Shown: in pieces, positions 31,407-40,855 of the stretch
How the letters are laid out: the number at the start of each line of letters is the position of its first letter
How positions within the stretch are numbered: the first letter of the stretch is position 1
Assembly (NCBI GenBank): GCA_965649295.1
Contig: CBFGKH010000002.1
Span: 1-64,000 of the forward strand
Direction of reading: 5' to 3'
Length of the DNA stretch: 64,000 nt
DNA from: a candidate division WOR-3 bacterium
GTDB lineage: Bacteria > Hydrothermota > Tepidihabitantia > Tepidihabitantales > Tepidihabitantaceae
Translations under genes and position numbers: made by a program
Notes under the pieces: model-generated
Database searches by the model: none
The model's input: only the letters and a program-made list of their open reading frames with translations
What the model was told of the DNA's origin: nothing

Positions 31407-34400
31407 GTGAGCGAAGAACGGGTTGGTGCGGTGCTGGTCATCGGTGGCGGCATCGGTGGGGTGCAGGCGGCGCTGGATTTGGCTGATTCTGGGTACAAGG
31501 TCTATCTGGTTGAGCGGTCGCCGGCAATCGGTGGCATCATGGCGATGCTCGACAAGACCTTCCCGACCAATGACTGTTCGATGTGCATCCTGTCGCCGAA
31601 GCTCGTGGCTGCGGGCCGACATAGTAACATCGAGCTATTGACCTTAACCGAGGTGGTGGGCATTGAGGGCGAACCCGGCAACTTCCAGGTGAAGCTACTG
31701 CGGCACGCCCGTTCGGTTGACCTGACAAAGTGTACCGGCTGCGGCGACTGCCTCGCCAAGTGTCCAGTGCGGGACCTGCCCAATGAGTTTGAAGGCGGAC
31801 TCTCCCAGCGGCGCGCCATCTATCGGCTCTATGCCCAGGCCGTGCCGAATGCGCCGACGATTGACCGCGAGCACTGCCTTAAGTTCCAGAAGGATAAGTG
31901 CGGTGCCTGCCAGAAGAGCTGCAAGGCCGGCGCGATTGACTACAGCCAGCAGGATGAGGAGCTGACAATTGCGGTCGGTGCAGTGGTGGTCGCGGCCGGA
32001 TCGAAGATTGCGCCGACCGGACTGCGGCCTGAGTATGGGCATGGCCGTTATCCGAATGTCGTTACCAGCTTGGAGTTTGAGCGGATTCTTTCGGCCTCAG
32101 GGCCGTTCGGTGGCCATGTGCAGCGGCCGTCGGACGGCCGGGTGCCAAGGCGGGTGGCCTGGCTGCAGTGCGTTGGCTCGCGTGATGATTCGGTCGAGCG
32201 CGGCTACTGCTCGGCGATGTGCTGCATGTATGCAGTGAAGGAGGCGGTCATTGCCAAGGAGCACGCGAAGGAGATTGAGCCGACGGTCTTCTACATGGAC
32301 ATGCGTTCCTATGGCAAGGATTTCGACCGCTATGTCGAGCGGGCCGAGCAGCAGTATGGTGTGCGGCTGGTGCGGGCGCGGGTGCCGGAGATACGTGAGG
32401 ACCCTGGGACTCACAACCTGATTCTCCGCTATGCCGGCGATGGCGGTGCCCGGGCCGAGGAGTTCGACATGGTTGTGCTCGCCTGCGGGTTTGTGCCGCC
32501 ACCGGAACTGGTCGAGCTTTCCCGGCGACTCGATTTTGAGCTGGACCGGTTCGGGTTCTGTCGTGCCGATGCCTGGAATCCGGTGCAGACGAGCCGGAGC
32601 GGTGTGAGCGTGGCTGGTTCATTCGCCCAGCCGATGGCGATTCCTGAGGCGGTGACGACAGCGTCGGGAGCAGCGGCGGTGGCAGAGGAGTTGCTGGCGG
32701 CTGAACGCGGCCAGCTTGCTCAGGCGAAAGAGGCTCCGGCTGAGCTGGACGTGCGCGGCGATGCTCCGCGCATCGGGGTGTTTGTCTGTCACTGCGGTAT
32801 CAATATCGGCGGTGTGGTGCGCGTGCCAGAGGTGGTCGAGTTTGCCCGGACCCTGCCGCACGTGGTCTTTGCAACCGAGAATCTCTACTCTTGTTCGGGC
32901 GATACTCAGGAGAAGCTGAAGGAGTGGATTCGCGAGCACCGGCTGACGCGGGTGGTGGTGGCTTCCTGCTCACCGCGGACGCACGAGCCGCTGTTCCAGG
33001 CGACCTGCGCCGAGGCCGGGCTGAATCCCCATCTCTTTGCGATGGCCAATATCCGGGACCAGTGCTCTTGGGTGCACATGCAGGAGCCGGACAAGGCAAC
33101 CGCGAAGGCCAAAGACCTTGTCAAGATGGCGGTGGCCCGGGCAGTGCGGCTGCGGCCGTTGCCCAAGGTCGAGCTGCCGGTCAGAAAGTCCGGCTTGGTG
33201 ATTGGCGGTGGTATTGCCGGAATGACTGCCGCCCTAGCGCTGGCTGGCGAGGGATTCGAGGTGGCGCTGGTCGAGCGCGAGCCGGAGCTGGGCGGCAATG
33301 CTCGTTCTATCGCGAAGACGGTTGAGGGCGACGACGTGCGCAGGCGGCTGGCCGAACTGGTGGCGCAGGTGCAGAGCCAACCGCGCATCAAGGTCTATAC
33401 TGGGGCGCGAATAAGGCAAATTGACGGGTTCGTGGGCAATTTCCGGACGACAATCGAGCGGTCGGAAGGGACCAGTGGATCGGATGTGCAGGTCGAGCAC
33501 GGAGTCGTGGTCGTCGCCACCGGTGCCGAGTACCGCACGCCGACTGAGTACGGTTATGGCGAATCCGGGCAGATTGTCACCCAAAAGGAATTTGAGGAGA
33601 TGCTCGCCGGCAGAACGGCGGCGGTTGCCAAGCTCGATTCAGTAGTCATGATTCAGTGCGTCGGCTCGCGCGAACCTGACCGGCCCTACTGCTCGCGCAT
33701 CTGCTGCGCCGAAGCGGTGAAGAACGCGCTCGCGCTCAAGGAGCTGAACCCGAATGCTCAGGTCTTTGTGCTCTACCGCGACATCCGCACCTATGGCCTG
33801 CGCGAGGAGTACTATCGCAAGGCACGCGAGGCCGGCGTCGTCTTCATCCGCTACTTGCCGGAGCAGAAGCCGGAAGTGCGGGTCGTTGGTGGCCGGCCCG
33901 TGGTCACCGCGTTCGACCCGATACTCGGCCAGACCATCGAGTTTGGGCCTGACCTGCTCGTGCTCTCATCCGGGCTTGTGCCGAGAACAGGTTCAGAAGA
34001 GCTGGCCCAGATGCTCAAGGTGCCGCTCAACGCCGACGGCTTCTTTCTGGAAGCCCATATGAAGCTGCGGCCGGTCGATTTCGCCACCGAGGGTGTCTTC
34101 ATGGCCGGACTCTGCCACTTCCCCAAGTTTATTGACGAGGCGGCGGCCCAGGCCAAAGCCGCTGCCGGCCGCGCCGCCACGATTCTTTCGCGCGACAAGC
34201 TTGAGGCTGAGGCGACAGTGGCTCACGTTGACCCGGCCAAGTGCTCAGCCTGCCATATGTGCGAAACCCTCTGCGCCTATCGCGCCATCGAGGTCAAGAC
34301 GATCAACGAGCGGACCGGCAAGCAGGCCGCGGTCGTGAACGAGGCGCTCTGCAAGGGCTGCGGTGCCTGTGCCGCCAACTGCCGCTCACTGGCAATAGAC

Positions 34401-34457
34401 ATTCGCGGGTTCGGGTCGGAGAATATCTACCGCGAGCTGGTGGCGCTGCTCGACTAG
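31407..34457 (+). CDS. Long double-module HdrA-like protein
   Basis: GGGIGG, FPTNDCSMC, two QCVGSR motifs, GVFVCHCGINI, EAHMKLRPV, C-terminal ferredoxin. Confidence 0.9.
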   Translation: MSEERVGAVLVIGGGIGGVQAALDLADSGYKVYLVERSPAIGGIMAMLDKTFPTNDCSMCILSPKLVAAGRHSNIELLTLTEVVGIEGEPGNFQVKLLRHARSVDLTKCTGCGDCLAKCPVRDLPNEFEGGLSQRRAIYRLYAQAVPNAPTIDREHCLKFQKDKCGACQKSCKAGAIDYSQQDEELTIAVGAVVVAAGSKIAPTGLRPEYGHGRYPNVVTSLEFERILSASGPFGGHVQRPSDGRVPRRVAWLQCVGSRDDSVERGYCSAMCCMYAVKEAVIAKEHAKEIEPTVFYMDMRSYGKDFDRYVERAEQQYGVRLVRARVPEIREDPGTHNLILRYAGDGGARAEEFDMVVLACGFVPPPELVELSRRLDFELDRFGFCRADAWNPVQTSRSGVSVAGSFAQPMAIPEAVTTASGAAAVAEELLAAERGQLAQAKEAPAELDVRGDAPRIGVFVCHCGINIGGVVRVPEVVEFARTLPHVVFATENLYSCSGDTQEKLKEWIREHRLTRVVVASCSPRTHEPLFQATCAEAGLNPHLFAMANIRDQCSWVHMQEPDKATAKAKDLVKMAVARAVRLRPLPKVELPVRKSGLVIGGGIAGMTAALALAGEGFEVALVEREPELGGNARSIAKTVEGDDVRRRLAELVAQVQSQPRIKVYTGARIRQIDGFVGNFRTTIERSEGTSGSDVQVEHGVVVVATGAEYRTPTEYGYGESGQIVTQKEFEEMLAGRTAAVAKLDSVVMIQCVGSREPDRPYCSRICCAEAVKNALALKELNPNAQVFVLYRDIRTYGLREEYYRKAREAGVVFIRYLPEQKPEVRVVGGRPVVTAFDPILGQTIEFGPDLLVLSSGLVPRTGSEELAQMLKVPLNADGFFLEAHMKLRPVDFATEGVFMAGLCHFPKFIDEAAAQAKAAAGRAATILSRDKLEAEATVAHVDPAKCSACHMCETLCAYRAIEVKTINERTGKQAAVVNEALCKGCGACAANCRSLAIDIRGFGSENIYRELVALLD

Positions 34458-34531
34458 CCCCAACCCCTAACGACAAGCTGGCCATTTCTCCGACTGCAGC
34501 CGGTACGGCAATGCTACTGGTAAGGCAGGGC

Positions 34532-34921
34532 GGGAAGCGGCTTGCAGGAGAGGCCCAGAAGTTCTTGGCCAAGCCCTGCTAAGGGTAGAGCCGCGAATCT
34601 GGTGGACAGGATTGGGAGAGGCCAGTTCGCCGACCGAGGCGCCAATGGCGGGTAAAGCCCAATCGGCAGGAGTGAAGCTAGCTGGCGGCAAGAGAGACCC
34701 AGACACTACTACACAAAGTTGGCGGGAATGAACGCCGATGGTCTGTTTGGAGGCTTGCTCGGTCATAGCCTCGGGAACCACTCCCGGGACAGTAGAGGGT
34801 GGGGTGGGCAAGAATGGCATAGCTGTTTGATGAATCGGAAGTTAGTGGCCAGAGAGCAATGCCGATTGGCCCGCAGTGAGCCATGATTCGGCTCTGCTGC
34901 CCAGAACAGCGGTCCAGAAGA
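34532..34921 (+). repeat. Degenerate non-coding repeat B (homologous to 20795-21062, inverted)
   Basis: Colinear shared blocks listed in findings. Confidence 0.5.
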
Positions 34922-35030
34922 TATAACAGGGATGGGGTGTAGAGCCCGCAAGGTTTGGGGTCGGTTTGACTTTGGCGTGGCAGGCCGTAGGCTTGGCTTA
35001 TGATTTTCAGTCGCCGTAGGGAGGTGGCCA

Positions 35031-35549
35031 GTGTCCAGATACGATGAACTATGTAATGCCTATGTTGCGGCCCGAAACGAGTTCTTTCAGCGCCGGGAGC
35101 GGTGCGTCGCTTTTGCAGCAATGCTGATGAAGGGATTCGAGACCTATATCGGGGCACCGCTTTTTCAGATGCGCTTTGTGCCGCATACTGGCGATGCGGC
35201 CGCGGCCAAAACTAATTCGCCGGATGCGGCAGCGTGGCTGGGGAACGACGGACGGTGGCACTTCCTTATCGGCCTGCCGCTGGTCGAACGGGTTCAGGGG
35301 AGCAACAAGGGCGGTACGACGCAGACGCTGCGGTTCGACCTCCATGTCGCGCCGGTCGAAACGGGCTTCAACGTCGGCGTGACCGGGACGAATGAACGTT
35401 TTGACCTGCCGGCAACCGAGAACGCGCCTGAGCACCAGCCGTTCTTTGAGTTTCTTTACGGGCAGATGGCCCGCGTCTATCAGCAGCCGGGCCTGAAGTT
35501 TCTCGATAACATGCCCGACACCCTGCGCACCCTGCACGGTGACCGCTAG
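35031..35549 (+). CDS. Hypothetical protein
   Basis: GGAGG RBS, GTG start, TTGACT-16-TAGGCT promoter upstream, natural composition. Confidence 0.7.
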   Translation: MSRYDELCNAYVAARNEFFQRRERCVAFAAMLMKGFETYIGAPLFQMRFVPHTGDAAAAKTNSPDAAAWLGNDGRWHFLIGLPLVERVQGSNKGGTTQTLRFDLHVAPVETGFNVGVTGTNERFDLPATENAPEHQPFFEFLYGQMARVYQQPGLKFLDNMPDTLRTLHGDR

Positions 35550-35643
35550 GCACTGATTGCTGGCGGCAGTCGTTAGCTGAGCCTTTGGCGCCGGAGCGGC
35601 GGTGGCACCGGCCCCACGACTGCGCTTTGTCTGTTGCCTTCCT

Positions 35644-35673
35644 GTCATTCCGGGCATCGCGAGGAATCGCCGC
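35644..35673 (-). repeat. REP-like short palindrome, copy 3
   Basis: GTCATTCCGGGCATCGCGAGGAATCGCCGC. Confidence 0.65.
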
Positions 35674-35811
35674 GGCCGGGCGGCGAAGAACCGCCGGCCC
35701 GGAGGAGAGACCGTCCGCGGTCGCCGTTCGCCGTAGCCTGTCAAGACGACCAGGCTGGACGCAGTTTAGTGCGCCCAGCCTGGAGGTTGTTGCCGACAAC
35801 CGCTGGCTCGG

Positions 35812-37956
35812 CTAGAAGCTCAGTCTGATTCCCGCGCTAAAGACCCGACCGCGTGACGGGCCCCAGAGGGGCACTTCTTCCACCAGCCAGCCAGATTGGA
35901 CGTAGTCAAAGAGATTCTCGACACCGGCGGAAATGACTAGGTTGGAGCCGACCGGCTGCGATGCCCGCACGTTCCAGAGGGTGTAGGTCGGTGAATAACC
36001 GGCCCGCACCAGCTCGCCGGCTACGCGCTGCTGATAGGGCATGCTGCCGACCAGCTCGCCGTTCAACGTCAGCTTGTGCCCGAGCCGGGGATGTTCATAG
36101 CTAGCTTGCCAGTTGGCAGCGTGGCGTGACCGATAGACGAGCGGCTCACCACTGGTTCGGTCATGAGCATCGGTGAACGTGTAGCCAGCACGCAGCTCGA
36201 AACCGGCAGGCAGGCGCAGGCCGATATCGAGTTCGAGCCCTTGAGTCACAAACGAGCCGACGTTCTGGTACTGGTAGCGGCGAAGCAGGTTTGCGCTGTC
36301 GTATTCGACCAGCCGTTCTTCGATCATGTTGCTCAGGTCGTTTCGGAACAGACCGGCCGTGAGGACAAAGTCACCGGGATGGTATTCGGCGCCGAGCGTC
36401 CCGCCGATTGACCGTTCGGGAACCAGGCGTGGGTTCTGGATGAAATCGTACATTCCCTGGCCAGGGCAGAAATGGGTCAGTTTCGAAAAGGTGGGGGGTG
36501 TCTTGTTGCCAAGGCCGAACGTACCGCGCACGGTCAACTTGTCGGTGGGGTCAAACTGGACGGCAAGGCCAGGGGTGAGCGAGATGCCGAAGTCAGAGTG
36601 TCGCTCAACTCGGGCGTGGGGTGTCAGTTGGAGTAGTCCCAGCCGCAGACGGTCTTGAATCGAGAGGCCGGTCATGGCGACAGAGCGCACGCTCAGGCGC
36701 GTGTTCTCCACCAGTCGTTCGTAGCGATGGCTGGCTGCTGCTTGCAGCGCATGGTTCTGGGTTAGCGTCTGTCTCACCGCAAGTTCCAGAAAGACGGCGT
36801 CTTCGAACGCATTGAACCACTGGTTGGCGACAAAGACTCGCTGCCGGTAGTCGGAGTAGGTGCCCCGCAGCCAGACACTCGTGGCTGCGCTCGGCTGCCA
36901 AGAAAGAGTTGCGTTTGGGCCCCATTGGCGGATGTTAGGATTCTGATAGAGCCCGGAATCGGACCGGCCAAGAATCCGCGCAATCGCGCCGCCTTGGCGT
37001 TCTTCAATATTAGCATTGGCTCCGAGACTGAGGTCGAGCTCACTGCCGAGGCGCTGGTTCAGCTTCAGAGTCAGTGCTGCCCGGTCGGCTTTGACGTAGT
37101 CGGAATTGCCGTCGCGGTCAATGTCCACTGGGTCGGCCTGGCTCTTGCTTAGGCTGACGCTGACGCCGGTATTTTCAAGCTTCAGGTTGAGCGTTGCGCC
37201 CAGCGCCAGCGTTCCGTAGGTACCGGCGCTCAGATTGACAGCGCCGCCGGTGGTGTCGGCCGACTTGGTTACAACGTTGACTGCACCAGCGATGGCGTCG
37301 CCGGAGTAGGCTAGCCCGCCCGCGCCCTTGACGACCTCGAGCCGTTCAACATTCTCGGTGGCGAGGTGCGAGAGGCCGTAGAATGTGCTGATGTCGGAGA
37401 GTGACGGGGCGCCGTCAACAAGTACCTGGGCATACTTGCCGGCCATGCCCTGAATCTGGACCTCAGCCGCGTTACTGCACGGACACTTAGTTTTCACGGC
37501 CACGCCGGGCTGCCAGCGCAGTACCTCCTGAATGTTGGCGGCGCCGCGCTCGGCGATTTCCTGCTCCGAGACGACGGCAGTGGGCACCGGCTTGTCGTCT
37601 AGGGTGCGCAGGTCAGGTCGCACCGCAATCGAAGGCATTTCTACTGGCTGGGGCCGAAGCCGGAAAGAGGCTTCAACCTGGCCAAAGGCCGGTACCATGA
37701 CGGTGAGGGTCTCGGTGCCGAACCCGACGGCTGAGGCGACAATCCGCTGCCGGCCAGCCGGAACACCGACAAGTTGATAGTGACCAGACTCGGTTGCGGC
37801 CGCGCCCAGCTTAGTGCCGATAACAACAAGATGGGCAAGGGGAATTGGATCACCGCTGGCGTCGTCAATGACGATGCCGGTGACAACCCCAGTCTGCGCG
37901 GTGGCAATCGCCGCGGCGACAAACAGTAGCCAGGCAGTTCTACTAGCAAGACTCAC
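35812..37956 (-). CDS. TonB-dependent receptor with N-terminal carboxypeptidase-regulatory-like domain
   Basis: Signal peptide; plug VERLEVVKGA..YSGDAIAGAVNVVTK; GVENLFD; C-terminal Phe; AAGGAGG RBS. Confidence 0.93.
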   Translation of the reverse strand: MSLASRTAWLLFVAAAIATAQTGVVTGIVIDDASGDPIPLAHLVVIGTKLGAAATESGHYQLVGVPAGRQRIVASAVGFGTETLTVMVPAFGQVEASFRLRPQPVEMPSIAVRPDLRTLDDKPVPTAVVSEQEIAERGAANIQEVLRWQPGVAVKTKCPCSNAAEVQIQGMAGKYAQVLVDGAPSLSDISTFYGLSHLATENVERLEVVKGAGGLAYSGDAIAGAVNVVTKSADTTGGAVNLSAGTYGTLALGATLNLKLENTGVSVSLSKSQADPVDIDRDGNSDYVKADRAALTLKLNQRLGSELDLSLGANANIEERQGGAIARILGRSDSGLYQNPNIRQWGPNATLSWQPSAATSVWLRGTYSDYRQRVFVANQWFNAFEDAVFLELAVRQTLTQNHALQAAASHRYERLVENTRLSVRSVAMTGLSIQDRLRLGLLQLTPHARVERHSDFGISLTPGLAVQFDPTDKLTVRGTFGLGNKTPPTFSKLTHFCPGQGMYDFIQNPRLVPERSIGGTLGAEYHPGDFVLTAGLFRNDLSNMIEERLVEYDSANLLRRYQYQNVGSFVTQGLELDIGLRLPAGFELRAGYTFTDAHDRTSGEPLVYRSRHAANWQASYEHPRLGHKLTLNGELVGSMPYQQRVAGELVRAGYSPTYTLWNVRASQPVGSNLVISAGVENLFDYVQSGWLVEEVPLWGPSRGRVFSAGIRLSF

Positions 37957-37993
37957 AGTATCCTCCTTTTGTTCGGTTATTCTGCTGCCACTG

Positions 37994-38016
37994 CTCCGTC
38001 TCGGCTGGAGACGGAG
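37994..38016 (-). promoter_or_regulatory. Hairpin between the leader ORF and the TonB receptor RBS
   Basis: CTCCGTCTC-N5-GAGACGGAG perfect 9-bp stem, no U tract. Confidence 0.55.
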
Positions 38017-38029
38017 TGTTGCGTTCGAG

Positions 38030-38431
38030 TTAGGAAAGGGAAGGAGGACTGCGGGGACCGAGCTGACCGAGATAGCACTGGTTCGGATGCTGAGCTGTTG
38101 TCTCGGCCCGCGGCCAAGGAGTTGGATTCGCTGCGGGCTGGGCGCAAACTGGGTCAGCTATCGCCGGCAGTTGCCGTTCCGCCCGGGGCTGAAGCGGCTG
38201 GGCTTTGGCAAGTCGGGTCGGACATGTCCGGCATTCCTGAACCGCGGGCCGCAACTGGCCGGCTGATTGGGACGGACTGGCAGTGGTGGTGAGGTGCCCA
38301 GTACAGCAGTTTAACTCCATCGGACTGGCCGTACCGTCGCCGCAGCCGCAGATGTTACGTTGCAGCGGCTGCAGGGCGACCAAGACGGCACAGACCAGAA
38401 TCAGTGCTCGTGTTCGTTCTGATGCCACCAT
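38030..38431 (-). CDS. Cys-rich leader protein ending in RSPP (CruR/DUF2946/HYC_CC_PP-like)
   Basis: Hydrophobic N-terminus; CGC, CC..H, CRTC; C-terminal [15 protein letters not shown]-17-TAGACT promoter immediately upstream. Confidence 0.65.
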   Translation of the reverse strand: MVASERTRALILVCAVLVALQPLQRNICGCGDGTASPMELNCCTGHLTTTASPSQSAGQLRPAVQECRTCPTRLAKAQPLQPRAERQLPAIADPVCAQPAANPTPWPRAETTAQHPNQCYLGQLGPRSPPSLS

Positions 38432-38491
38432 CTAAGTCTATTATCCTCCGGCTGGACGGTCAACGGTAGCCGTCACTCGGCGCTACCTGCG

Positions 38492-38520
38492 TTGACTTGG
38501 CCGGTTACAGCCTCTATAAT
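38492..38520 (+). promoter_or_regulatory. Sigma-70-type promoter of the rpmH operon
   Basis: TTGACT-17-TATAAT. Confidence 0.8.
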
Positions 38521-38536
38521 CCGACCCGAGGAATTT

Positions 38537-38674
38537 ATGCCCAAGCGAACATATCAACCATCTCGCGTCAAGCGCGCGCGCACCCACGGTTTCCGAGCCC
38601 GGATGAGCACGCCGAGCGGCCGCAATGTTCTCCGGCGGCGGCGGCAGAAGGGTCGCAAGCGTCTGACCGTATGA
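38537..38674 (+). CDS. rpmH: 50S ribosomal protein L34
   Basis: [32 protein letters not shown]. Confidence 0.98.
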   Translation: MPKRTYQPSRVKRARTHGFRARMSTPSGRNVLRRRRQKGRKRLTV

Positions 38675-39064
38675 ATGTCCGACTCGCCTGCTGCCGATAT
38701 GACCTTGAAGCGAAGCGAGATACTGAGGCGCCGCCGCGACCTTGGTCGGGTAATCCGCTCCGGCACGAGAATTGCCGGCCCGGCGCTGTATCTCCGTTTC
38801 GCACCCCAGCCTGCTAGTTCAGACAATCTGCCGGCCCGGCGTATTGCCTTTCTGCTTTCGCGGCAGGTTGGCACCGCCGTTGTCCGCAACCGGGTCAAGC
38901 GGCTGCTGCGGGAGGCCTATCGCCGGCACAAGGACTGGTTCCGACCGGGCTATGACTATGTGCTCGGAGCTGGGCCAGGCGTAGTCGGTCTCAGTCTCGG
39001 TCAAATCGAAGAACAGACCCGGTCGCTGACCGGTCGCATAGCCCAAGATGACACTAGTGCTTAG
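38675..39064 (+). CDS. rnpA: RNase P protein component
   Basis: GTAVVRNRVKRLLREAYR; follows rpmH. Confidence 0.93.
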   Translation: MSDSPAADMTLKRSEILRRRRDLGRVIRSGTRIAGPALYLRFAPQPASSDNLPARRIAFLLSRQVGTAVVRNRVKRLLREAYRRHKDWFRPGYDYVLGAGPGVVGLSLGQIEEQTRSLTGRIAQDDTSA

Positions 39065-39299
39065 TTTGCTAGTTCGACTGTACCAGCTCACGCTCGGGAC
39101 GGTCCTGCCCAATGCCTGTCGGTATCAGCCGAGCTGCTCTAACTATGCGCTGGAGGCGCTGCGCTTGCACGGGGCTGGTCGCGGCTCGCTGCTCGCTCTG
39201 CGCCGGCTGCTGCGCTGCAATCCGTTCTCTGGCGGCGGGTTTGACCCGGTGCCGCCGGCAACCAACCCTGAACTGGCCAATACAAGGAAGGCGAAGTGA
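39048..39299 (+). CDS. yidD: Membrane protein insertion efficiency factor YidD
   Basis: CRYQPSCSNY, RLLRCNPF..GGFDPVP. Confidence 0.95.
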   Translation: MTLVLSLLVRLYQLTLGTVLPNACRYQPSCSNYALEALRLHGAGRGSLLALRRLLRCNPFSGGGFDPVPPATNPELANTRKAK

Positions 39300-40855
39300 A
39301 ATCAGATACGACCCGGATGATCGTCGGCTTCTTGCTGATTCTCGTTATTCTTATCGGCTGGCAGTTGCTCTATCGGCCCAAGCCTCGGGTTCAGCCGACG
39401 CCAACGGCTGAAGTGCCGCCACCAGCGCCAACACCAGCACCGGCGCCAACAGCGGAGCCGAAGGTAGCGCTGGCTCCAATGCCGGCGATTCCAGTAGCCG
39501 AGACAACGGTCGTATTGGCCAATGATTTCTTGCAGCTTGAGTTCTCGAATATTGGCGGCCGGTTGCTGCGGGTTCGCCTGAAGAAGTTCGATGCCGAACT
39601 GGTACCTGAGTCGGGCGCGCTGCTTGGCACCACGCTCGTTACTGATTCGGGTGCGTTCAGCCTAGCCCCGGTGCCGATGAAGGTGACGGGCAGCGATAGT
39701 AGCGTTGAGTTCAGTTATGAGGCGGGCGGCATCGGCATCAGCAAGTCGTTTGTCCTCGGGCCACGCTATGCGCTGCGCCATAACATTAGCACCACTGGTG
39801 CTATTGGCGTCGTCCTTGATGGTGCGGCGGGCTTGGCTCTGACCGAGACTGCGTCCAAGGAGGGGCTTGGTTATTACAGCTTCTCGGTGCGGAACGGCCG
39901 CAAGACCCGAACGGTCGCAGCTACTAAACTGAATAAGCCCTGGAGCAATAACGAACCAGCCGCCTGGGTTGCGGCCCGTTCGAAGTACTTTGTGCTGGTG
40001 CTGGCCGGGCCGGATTCGAGCTTTGACTCCTGCCATGCGTTCCGGCTGGAAGACGGTCGCGTTGGGTTCGGGGCAGCGAGCCACCGGCCGCAACTGAATC
40101 TGACGCTCTATCTTGGTCCGGTTGACGAGCGAGAGCTCGGGCCGCTCGGGCTGGGGGGAATCATCGCCCACGGCTGGACCCGGCCGATTGAACTGGCGAT
40201 GCTCTGGCTGCTGCGGTTGCTCTACTCGCTGGTCCGCAACTGGGGCCTGGCCATCGTCATCTTCGCGGTGCTGATGAAGGCGTTGCTCTGGCCGATCTCG
40301 CGCACCCAGACAAAACAGATGCGGCAGATGCAGTTACTGCAGCCAAAGCTGAATGAGCTGAAGGCCAAATACAAAGACGACCAGCAGAAGCTCAACGCCG
40401 AGACGATGCAGCTCTACAAACTGTACAAGATCAATCCGCTGGCCGGCTGTCTGCCGATGCTACTGCAACTGCCGATATTTTGGGCACTGTACGCGGTGCT
40501 GCGCAACGCGATCGAGATGCGCGGTGCCCGTTTTGTACTCTGGCTGCACGACCTGTCGCAGCCCGACACCTTGTTCGGCCATCTTCCGCACGGTATTCCG
40601 CTAATCGGCGGCTATGCCTTTGGCCTGCTGCCGGTAATGATGGGCGTCTCGTTTATCGCCCAGAATCTGATAACCTCGACCGACAAGAAGAACTGGGCCT
40701 TGACGATTATCTTCCCGGTGTTCATCACCGCCATCTTTCTGAACCTGCCGAGCGGGCTGCAACTCTACTGGTTTATGTATAACATTCTATCCATCGGCGA
40801 GACTCTGTTCGCCGTCAAAGGAGGTAAGCTATGGCGCAAGCAGACGAGTCAGTGA
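39296..40855 (+). CDS. yidC: Membrane protein insertase YidC
   Basis: N-terminal TM, periplasmic domain, NWGLAI, NPLAGCLP.LLQLPIF, W..DLS.PD, PSGLQLYW. Confidence 0.96.
   Translation: MKSDTTRMIVGFLLILVILIGWQLLYRPKPRVQPTPTAEVPPPAPTPAPAPTAEPKVALAPMPAIPVAETTVVLANDFLQLEFSNIGGRLLRVRLKKFDAELVPESGALLGTTLVTDSGAFSLAPVPMKVTGSDSSVEFSYEAGGIGISKSFVLGPRYALRHNISTTGAIGVVLDGAAGLALTETASKEGLGYYSFSVRNGRKTRTVAATKLNKPWSNNEPAAWVAARSKYFVLVLAGPDSSFDSCHAFRLEDGRVGFGAASHRPQLNLTLYLGPVDERELGPLGLGGIIAHGWTRPIELAMLWLLRLLYSLVRNWGLAIVIFAVLMKALLWPISRTQTKQMRQMQLLQPKLNELKAKYKDDQQKLNAETMQLYKLYKINPLAGCLPMLLQLPIFWALYAVLRNAIEMRGARFVLWLHDLSQPDTLFGHLPHGIPLIGGYAFGLLPVMMGVSFIAQNLITSTDKKNWALTIIFPVFITAIFLNLPSGLQLYWFMYNILSIGETLFAVKGGKLWRKQTSQ

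Noticed and set aside
21262..34457. Selenocysteine recoding in Hdr/MvhD
   Set aside because: All ORFs are uninterrupted with Cys codons at the conserved positions
38441..38449. DnaA box / oriC upstream of rpmH (TTATCCTCC)
   Set aside because: Single 7/9 match, no dnaA, no AT-rich unwinding region
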